DNA from: Spirochaetia bacterium
GTDB taxonomy: Bacteria; Spirochaetota; Spirochaetia; UBA9216
Length of the DNA: 64,000 bases
Direction: 5' to 3'
Assembly: GCA_963675665.1 (NCBI GenBank)
Contig: OY776510.1
Span: 2,848,001-2,912,000 of the forward strand
In this document: piece after piece, positions 57,820-64,000 of the stretch
How the letters are laid out: each line of letters opens with the position of its first letter
How positions within the stretch are numbered: position 1 is the stretch's first letter
The notes under the pieces: model-generated
What the model saw: the letters and a program-made list of their open reading frames with translations, nothing else
The model's database searches: none
What the model was told of the DNA's origin: nothing
Program-made: the position numbers and the translations under genes

Positions 57820-59208
57820 TCAATAGAAACATTTGCGAATTTCAGCAACCATATAGAACGAACCGGCAACCAGAATGGGAAAATTGTATGAAACAGCAGT
57901 CTTCAGGGCAGTTTCAGGATCTTTTTCCAGCAGAACTGTTGAATTATCACCGCAGGTATCACTGAAAACAGAAAAAACCTTACGGGGATCGCTTTTTTTA
58001 AAGTTTCCAGGCGTGGAGATAATAATTGTTCCGAATTTGCCATCGAGCTGACGGGCCATGCCGGCTATGTCTTTTCCTTCGACGGCGCCGAAGACAAGAA
58101 CGGAATTATTCGTTGAGTTTCCAGCTTCAAAGGCTGTTGAAAAAAAGGCTTCGGAAGCCGCCCTGATCGATTCTACGGTATGGGCGCCGTCCAGTATTAC
58201 AACAGGCCTGTCCACGGTACCGGGAATAATTTCCGCCCGGCCCGGCAATGAAGCTGAGGAAATGCCTAAAGAGGGATCAAACCCGCACGGAAGCTGATCT
58301 TTACGGGTTTCGCAGATACCGGAAAGACAGGAGACGGCAAGAACGGCGTTATCAGCCTGAAACCGTCCGGGAGTTTTTAACCGGATATTGTATTCGCAGC
58401 TGTTTTTAAATTTAAGCCGGAAACTCTGACGGTATTCAGAAGAAACTGTCGCCGGGAACGACTGATAATCGGTAACGGCATGAACAAGATCATCAGGAAA
58501 GAACAGCGCTGAACCCGCCTCTTCAGCCCGTTTTCTGAAAACTGATTCAGCCTCAGGTTTCTGTCGTGCAGAGTATACGGGAACTCCCTGTTTTATAATG
58601 CCTGCTTTTTCTCCGGCTATTTCTTTAATTGTGTTTCCAAGGTAATCGGTATGCTCCAGTTCAATAATGGTAAGCACAGAGGCTTCCGGGATGAGTACGT
58701 TTGTAGCGTCAAGCCTTCCGCCGAGCCCTGTTTCAAAAACAGCCCATTCGCAGCCGGTTCTCCGGAAAACAAGAAACGACAACAGGGTAAGAAGCTCGAA
58801 TGTCGTAGGCGCTCCGCCCGGGAAATTTGTTAAAGCGCCGCCGTAAGCCCCGAATTCATCAAGCCGGGTCATCATAAATGAGGCGGTTTCAGCGTATACG
58901 GCGTCTTCAAAAAACACTCCGGCTTCGCTGATACGTTCTTTGTAGGTTTGAACATGCGGAGAACAGAAAAGCCCGGTTTTCAGCCCGTTTGCCGACAGAA
59001 CCGCTGCCATAAAGGAGGCTGTAGAGCCCTTTCCCTTTGAGCCGGCCACATGAATTGATTTAAACGCATTCTGCGGATTGTCGAACAGTTTCAGCAGTTC
59101 CCACATCCGGTCAAGCCGGTATTCGCGGGCCGTCAGGTTGGGGCTTTTTTCGAGGTTTGTAAAAGATTCAAGGAAAGCGAAAGCCGCCTCCGCCGAATTG
59201 AATTTCAT
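57820..59208 (-). CDS. folC: Dihydrofolate/folylpolyglutamate synthase
   Basis: HVAGSKGKGST, SPH, ETGLGGRLDATN, EKAGIIK and LDGAH. Confidence 0.94.
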   Translation of the reverse strand: MKFNSAEAAFAFLESFTNLEKSPNLTAREYRLDRMWELLKLFDNPQNAFKSIHVAGSKGKGSTASFMAAVLSANGLKTGLFCSPHVQTYKERISEAGVFFEDAVYAETASFMMTRLDEFGAYGGALTNFPGGAPTTFELLTLLSFLVFRRTGCEWAVFETGLGGRLDATNVLIPEASVLTIIELEHTDYLGNTIKEIAGEKAGIIKQGVPVYSARQKPEAESVFRKRAEEAGSALFFPDDLVHAVTDYQSFPATVSSEYRQSFRLKFKNSCEYNIRLKTPGRFQADNAVLAVSCLSGICETRKDQLPCGFDPSLGISSASLPGRAEIIPGTVDRPVVILDGAHTVESIRAASEAFFSTAFEAGNSTNNSVLVFGAVEGKDIAGMARQLDGKFGTIIISTPGNFKKSDPRKVFSVFSDTCGDNSTVLLEKDPETALKTAVSYNFPILVAGSFYMVAEIRKCFY

Positions 59209-59214
59209 CGGCGG

Positions 59215-60516
59215 CTACAGGCCGCGTTCTTTCAAAGCGTTGCCGTGGGTTATAAAACCTTCATAGTCCGCTAATGCTTTTACATGGCCGGCCGCGGATT
59301 TAAGTCCGTTGCCTGTTGCGTATACTACCGAGGAGTACTTGATAAAATCCCTGACCGATACCGCCGACCAGGTTTTTGCCCCGCCGCCTGTAGGCAGTAC
59401 GGCATTTGCCCCGGTGGAATAATTGGCAATTGAGAACGGGGTATTCTCGCCAAGCAGAATTTCTCCGGCGTTTTCAATTAAAGCCAGGGTCTCGAACGGA
59501 TCAGCAGTTTGAATCTGAAGATGTTCCGGGGCAAACTCATTAATAATTTCCGCAGCCTCTTCAAGAGTTCGGGTTATGATGATGCCGCCGTAGCCTGAAA
59601 GGACATCCTGAACGAAGGTCCTGCGCGGTTCAGGCAGTGCCTCAGTCTTTTTTCGCATTACAGCGGCCGCCTTCTCTGCGAGCTTTTCCGAGGGTGTAAT
59701 CAGAAGGGCTGATGAATCTGAACCGTGTTCGGCTTCAATCATCAGATCAAGCGCAGTTTTAACCGGGTCAGCCGATTCATCGGCCAGCACTATCGATTCG
59801 GAAGGACCGGCGGGCAGGCCGGTATCGACCTTTGAGGCGAGCAGCCGTTTTGCCGCCGCAACGTACATGCTGCCGGGGCCCGACAGCTTCACTACAGGTT
59901 TTATCGATTCGGTACCGAGCGCCAGGGCGGCTACAGCTTGAGCACCTCCGACACGGTATATTTCATGAACTCCGCAGAGCTTTGCCGCATACAGACAGGC
60001 AGGGTCTACTGAACCGTCTTTATTCGGCGGCGTAACAACTACAACACGTTTTACGCCGGCAATCGCCGCGGGAACCGCAAGCATATACAGCATCGACGGA
60101 AAACTTCCCCTGCCGCGGGGCACGTAAAGTCCGGCCGATGAAACAGCGGACGGGCGCTCCCCGGCGTATATGCCCGGGCTGATCTCGGCAAAGCTCATTT
60201 TCGGCGGGACCTGTTCCCTGTGGAATTTTTTTACGTTGTTAATCGAGTATTCGATTGCGGCCTTAACCTCATTGCTGATAAGCGATTCCGCCCGGATAAA
60301 CTCATCTTCCTGAACAGCCAGCGGAAGACTTCTGATATCGGCGCCGTCAAATTTTAGCGTCAGTTCTTTAAGCGCCGAATCTCCGTCTTTTTTGACGGAA
60401 TCTATAATAGAGCTTACCGAATCCGTAACTTCGGAAATATTCAGCTCCGAACGGGCAAAAATTCTCCCGCGTTCTGCTTTGTCAAGTTTAGCCCAATTGT
60501 GTATGTTTATATTCAT
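59215..60516 (-). CDS. hisD: Histidinol dehydrogenase
   Basis: GLYVP, GGAQAVAA, GPG, PAGPSE, EAEHG and APEHL. Confidence 0.92.
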   Translation of the reverse strand: MNINIHNWAKLDKAERGRIFARSELNISEVTDSVSSIIDSVKKDGDSALKELTLKFDGADIRSLPLAVQEDEFIRAESLISNEVKAAIEYSINNVKKFHREQVPPKMSFAEISPGIYAGERPSAVSSAGLYVPRGRGSFPSMLYMLAVPAAIAGVKRVVVVTPPNKDGSVDPACLYAAKLCGVHEIYRVGGAQAVAALALGTESIKPVVKLSGPGSMYVAAAKRLLASKVDTGLPAGPSESIVLADESADPVKTALDLMIEAEHGSDSSALLITPSEKLAEKAAAVMRKKTEALPEPRRTFVQDVLSGYGGIIITRTLEEAAEIINEFAPEHLQIQTADPFETLALIENAGEILLGENTPFSIANYSTGANAVLPTGGGAKTWSAVSVRDFIKYSSVVYATGNGLKSAAGHVKALADYEGFITHGNALKERGL

Positions 60517-60595
60517 ATGGCATATAATATAACGATAGGACCGTTTTGTCATCATCACGTTGAAATGGAACCAAAAAAGTAATATATTCGATAGT

Positions 60596-62251
60596 ATGAT
60601 ATTGAGGCGTTTTTCTTTATTACCTGTATTATTAACAATAATTGCTGTTTCGCTGATATTTACTTCGTGCGCACAGAAATACTCACTTACTGTCTCTGGG
60701 GCAACCGGCGGAAGTGTTTCACTGTCTCCGTCAGACGGGACCTATAAGGCCGGTACTGTTATAACCCTGACTGCATCCGCCGCCAGCGGGTATTATTTTA
60801 CGGGCTGGGGTAATATTGATAAATATTCTGAAGATTACGCTACGGATAACAGTATAGAAATCATAATGCCCGAGCAAAACCTGGATCTTTCTGTGGGTTT
60901 TGCCGTTCCCGGCGAAGGCTGGACCTTTATGCTCTATATGTCAGGCGATCAAATAGAGAGGAGCCTCTCGACTAATGTCGGTATTGATCTGAACGAAATG
61001 GAAGAAGGCCTGTGGAATGCGATACAGGCCGGCAACCCCTCTGTTGCGGGCGATGTAAGAGTGCTTGCTCTTACGGACCGAAAGTATGCGGGAGATTCAA
61101 AGCTATACCTGGTAGCTCCCGACAATACTTTAACCCTGGTGTCTTCAGAAATAGTCGACGGGCCGTATACGTCGGGCAATGAACTGAATATGGGAGATCC
61201 TGATACGCTGAAAAGCTTTATTCAATACAGTATGGCCAGGTACCCGTCGGAATATAACGCCCTTGTGCTGTGGAACCACGGCGGAGGAGTAAAGAGTCTG
61301 GATTTCAGTACTGCCGACAGCCGGGAGATCTGTTCGGACGATGAGAGCGATGATGTTCTGTTTCTTAATGAACTGGATACGGCCGTTGGACAGGCTTTAA
61401 GCGGCAACGGGGGCAGTATTGACATTATCGGAATGGACGCCTGTATCATGGGCGAGGTTGAAACCGCATACGAACTGCGGGACCATACCGATTATTTTGT
61501 TGCTTCAATGGCCAATGAATGGGGTGAAGGCTGGGATTACACGCTGATATTCGATAACTTTTCAAGCGCCGGCAACCCGCCCGCGCCGTCCTCAATGGCC
61601 GACATCCTGGTACGTCAGTATAAGGAATCGACCTACGGAATATCGAATCTTATGCCTAATACCCTTACCGCCGTTAAAACAGCAGGTCTGGAAAACCTTA
61701 AAAATGCAATCGACGACCTGGCAGATCTTCTGTATGATCCTGCCGGAGGAAACAACCAAACCTATTTTGAATCCGCCAGGGACAGTTCGGTATATTATTT
61801 TACTGCATCCTCGGAATATGAAATGGAATATAATCCTTACTATGATTTATATTCATTCTGCGAACAGATTGAAGGTTCCTTACTTGACCCGGCTATTCGA
61901 ACACAGGCCGGGGTTGTAAAAACCGCGCTTGCTGCATCAGTTGCCGCCTGTTACGCCGACAGCAACGGCTATATCGATCTTGATTATTATTACGAAACCG
62001 ACGATTCTTCAGCCGTGCGCGGGTTGTCTATCCTGATACCATTTGACGGAAACAGTACTGCTGGTTATCCTTACTATTCATACGCCTGGTGGTATGTATC
62101 CACCGAACATCAGTCTTCAGGCGGTTATACCCTTGGAGGGCTTGATTTCTGCACATACGACGACAGCGGCGATGTGGAAACCTGGCGCGAGCTGTTCGAA
62201 GCCTGGTATGACAATTATGCGTCCGACGGCTATACCCCCGGCAATTACTGA
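60596..62251 (+). CDS. Clostripain-family (C11) cysteine peptidase lipoprotein with N-terminal bacterial repeat domain
   Basis: FTSC lipobox, YSLTV..TGGSV...GYYFTGW repeat, WTFMLYM, NMGDP, and the catalytic WNHGGG and MDACIMG. Confidence 0.85.
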   Translation: MILRRFSLLPVLLTIIAVSLIFTSCAQKYSLTVSGATGGSVSLSPSDGTYKAGTVITLTASAASGYYFTGWGNIDKYSEDYATDNSIEIIMPEQNLDLSVGFAVPGEGWTFMLYMSGDQIERSLSTNVGIDLNEMEEGLWNAIQAGNPSVAGDVRVLALTDRKYAGDSKLYLVAPDNTLTLVSSEIVDGPYTSGNELNMGDPDTLKSFIQYSMARYPSEYNALVLWNHGGGVKSLDFSTADSREICSDDESDDVLFLNELDTAVGQALSGNGGSIDIIGMDACIMGEVETAYELRDHTDYFVASMANEWGEGWDYTLIFDNFSSAGNPPAPSSMADILVRQYKESTYGISNLMPNTLTAVKTAGLENLKNAIDDLADLLYDPAGGNNQTYFESARDSSVYYFTASSEYEMEYNPYYDLYSFCEQIEGSLLDPAIRTQAGVVKTALAASVAACYADSNGYIDLDYYYETDDSSAVRGLSILIPFDGNSTAGYPYYSYAWWYVSTEHQSSGGYTLGGLDFCTYDDSGDVETWRELFEAWYDNYASDGYTPGNY

Positions 62252-63285
62252 TTTCTGCTATCGTAATCGAGCCCCAGCAGGTCCTGGGCCACATAGTCAA
62301 GATACTTCTCAACTTCTTCTTTGTTAAGCGTGTAGTAGAATCTTCTTGACTCTCCCTTTGTTATATTCAGAAGTTCGGCATCGACCAGTTTGGTCATATG
62401 ATAAGAAAGCGTTGCCGGCTTTAAATCAAAATGGTTTGCAAGTTCGGTACTGTACCAGGGGCGCTGGGCGGTAAGCCGGAGTATTTCAAGCCGTTTCGGG
62501 TCTCCGAAACATGAAAAAAAGATATCGGCCCTGCTTCGGGCTGAATGGTGGAGTATACGCTGATCAGTGCCTCCGCCGATTACAAGGGTACGGGTTTTCC
62601 AGAATGAGGATATTTCGTTATCGCTGAAGAGTGAAAAATACATAACAATATCAGATTTATCGATATTCTCCCTGATAAAGCTTTGGAATCCCAGCTCCTT
62701 CAGATATGCTTCTCCCCCGTGCGAAAGCCTGTCCTTGTGCCATTCAAGCTTTTCCAGTTTCATTTTCTGAAAATGTCTGCTTGCCGGAATATATGCCTGT
62801 TCATGGAACTCGGAGTAGGTTCTGTGAAGTCTTTTCAGAAAGGCATCGGGTTCTTTTAAGAATCCAATCAGCAGTTCTGATTCTTCTTTTGGATCATAAC
62901 CGGGGTGAAGCCCTTCGTCGATAAGCGCCTCATATAGCCTTTCAACAGTTATATCTTTATGAAGAGAACCCAGTAACTCGTGGTTGATAAATGATTTGAA
63001 TTCCGTACCGGTTATTCCGGACAAATCCGATAAGAAATCTTCGACTGACTTGATTTTGTTGTTGTTAATGATTCTCATCAGGCAGTAAATCGAAACAAGA
63101 ATAGTTTTCTCAATCATCAGTGAAATATCATTCAGTAGAAAAGGCGACAGTGGTTTTTCAAAATTTGCGCACCATTCGGCAATTTCAGGTATGCCCGGAA
63201 AATCCGGGTCGGCAGGTTTGTTGCGGCACGCAAAGCGCTTTACGGCAAAAATGAAATCAACAGCATCGTTATCTATAAGTTCCAT
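62245..63285 (-). CDS. ArsR/SmtB-family regulator with long N-terminal domain
   Basis: C-terminal winged HTH, FGDPKRLEILRL...ELANHFDLKPATLSYHMTKL. Confidence 0.85.
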   Translation of the reverse strand: MELIDNDAVDFIFAVKRFACRNKPADPDFPGIPEIAEWCANFEKPLSPFLLNDISLMIEKTILVSIYCLMRIINNNKIKSVEDFLSDLSGITGTEFKSFINHELLGSLHKDITVERLYEALIDEGLHPGYDPKEESELLIGFLKEPDAFLKRLHRTYSEFHEQAYIPASRHFQKMKLEKLEWHKDRLSHGGEAYLKELGFQSFIRENIDKSDIVMYFSLFSDNEISSFWKTRTLVIGGGTDQRILHHSARSRADIFFSCFGDPKRLEILRLTAQRPWYSTELANHFDLKPATLSYHMTKLVDAELLNITKGESRRFYYTLNKEEVEKYLDYVAQDLLGLDYDSRNQ

Positions 63286-63324
63286 TCTCTGATTTTATAA
63301 TGATTTGAATTAATTTGCCATAAC

Positions 63325-63346
63325 ATATTAGAAAAATATCTAATAT
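63325..63346. promoter_or_regulatory. Putative ArsR operator palindrome
   Basis: ATATTAGA-AAAATA-TCTAATAT in the divergent intergenic region. Confidence 0.6.
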
Positions 63347-63376
63347 AGATATAAGAAAGCAATGTATTGAAGGAGT

Positions 63377-63523
63377 ATGAATATGTTCCATTCAATAGGT
63401 GAGATTTCAATCATGTTAAAAGAGCACGGTAAGTATGTACGCCGAAGCTGCAAAAGTAAACTCAAAAACAAACGCAGAAGCCTGCCGTCAGTTCTATCCC
63501 TGATTTTCTCTGTTTTTAAATAA
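63377..63523 (+). CDS. Small ORF (48 aa), basic with hydrophobic C-terminus
   Basis: AAGGAG RBS. Translation MNMFHSIGEISIMLKEHGKYVRRSCKSKLKNKRRSLPSVLSLIFSVFK*, with an alternative start at 63383. Confidence 0.5.
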   Translation: MNMFHSIGEISIMLKEHGKYVRRSCKSKLKNKRRSLPSVLSLIFSVFK

Positions 63524-63571
63524 ATTTCATGATAAAATGAAGCAGTCAGTTATCGGAACGGAGGCTGTTGT

Positions 63572-64000
63572 ATGTTTGAAAATTATGAAATTGTTGAAGT
63601 AGACGATTCAAATAAACACACCTACTGCATGTGTTTGGAAGAGTGGTCGGATGAAATCAGGGAGGCCGGAGACAACAAGGCCTGCTGGTATGAAAAAATG
63701 AAGGACAAGGGACTGGGCGTTAAACTTGTGAAAGATCGTGACGGTACGATCAGCGGTATGATTCAGTATGTTCCGGCCGGATACGCGCCGTTGACCGGCG
63801 ACGGGTACTATTTTATATACTGTGTATGGGTCCATGGTCATAAACAGGGTATAGGCGATCGCAGGGGTTCCGGCATGGGGACCATGCTGCTTGAGGCTGC
63901 CGAGCAGGACATGCGCAGCAAAGGCGCAAAAGGTGCTGCAGCCTGGGGGCTGTCGCTTCCGATATGGATGAAAGCCTCCTGGTATAAAAAACACGGATAC
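63572..64000 (+). CDS. GNAT-family N-acetyltransferase (3'-truncated by the window edge)
   Basis: GGAGG RBS. My translation includes MFENYEIV...GMIQYVP...IYCVWV...RRGSGMGTMLLEAAE (acetyl-CoA motif A)...WYKKHGY. Confidence 0.85.
   Translation, partial: MFENYEIVEVDDSNKHTYCMCLEEWSDEIREAGDNKACWYEKMKDKGLGVKLVKDRDGTISGMIQYVPAGYAPLTGDGYYFIYCVWVHGHKQGIGDRRGSGMGTMLLEAAEQDMRSKGAKGAAAWGLSLPIWMKASWYKKHGY

Noticed and set aside
1-64000. tRNA, rRNA, transposase, integrase or prophage genes
   Set aside because: None were recognised. Intergenic gaps are short and no ORF shows DDE, HUH or recombinase motifs. This was inspection by eye only.

Overview
The window looks like chromosomal DNA from a Spirochaetales-type bacterium. 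This is inferred from spirochaete-style lipoprotein signals, a short spirochaete-type rpoZ next to miaA, and a LolA-like ABC exporter locus. I found no rRNA, tRNA, CRISPR array, transposase or prophage. There are about 55 CDS. They include a GH78 rhamnosidase/GPH transporter/AraC unit, a FecR/outer-membrane/lipoprotein cluster divergent from a CHASE2 adenylate cyclase plus a second, atypical class III cyclase, lemA-TPM-TPM, a phosphohexomutase and dapL. Next come an AT-richer DeoR-TRAP-DHH-mevalonate-kinase-like island, ppaC, an FtsX/LolA-like ABC export operon, mtnP-mtnN and a WYL regulator with its GyrI-like target. The right part holds murC-yicC-cmk-rpoZ-miaA, amrA-rqcH-macrodomain, hisC, trpB, folC, hisD, a clostripain lipoprotein and an ArsR regulator. 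The most striking unexplained signal is a dispersed multi-hairpin leader element (P2-P3-P4 + T-tract + Shine-Dalgarno). It has four full copies and two partial ones, always co-oriented with a gene and ending at its RBS (lemA, three ABC-operon genes, hisC, a tsaA-like gene), and the stems show compensatory changes. It is a candidate new cis-regulatory RNA or an RBS-carrying REP/MITE-like element. All product calls come from motif recognition by eye, with no database searches.
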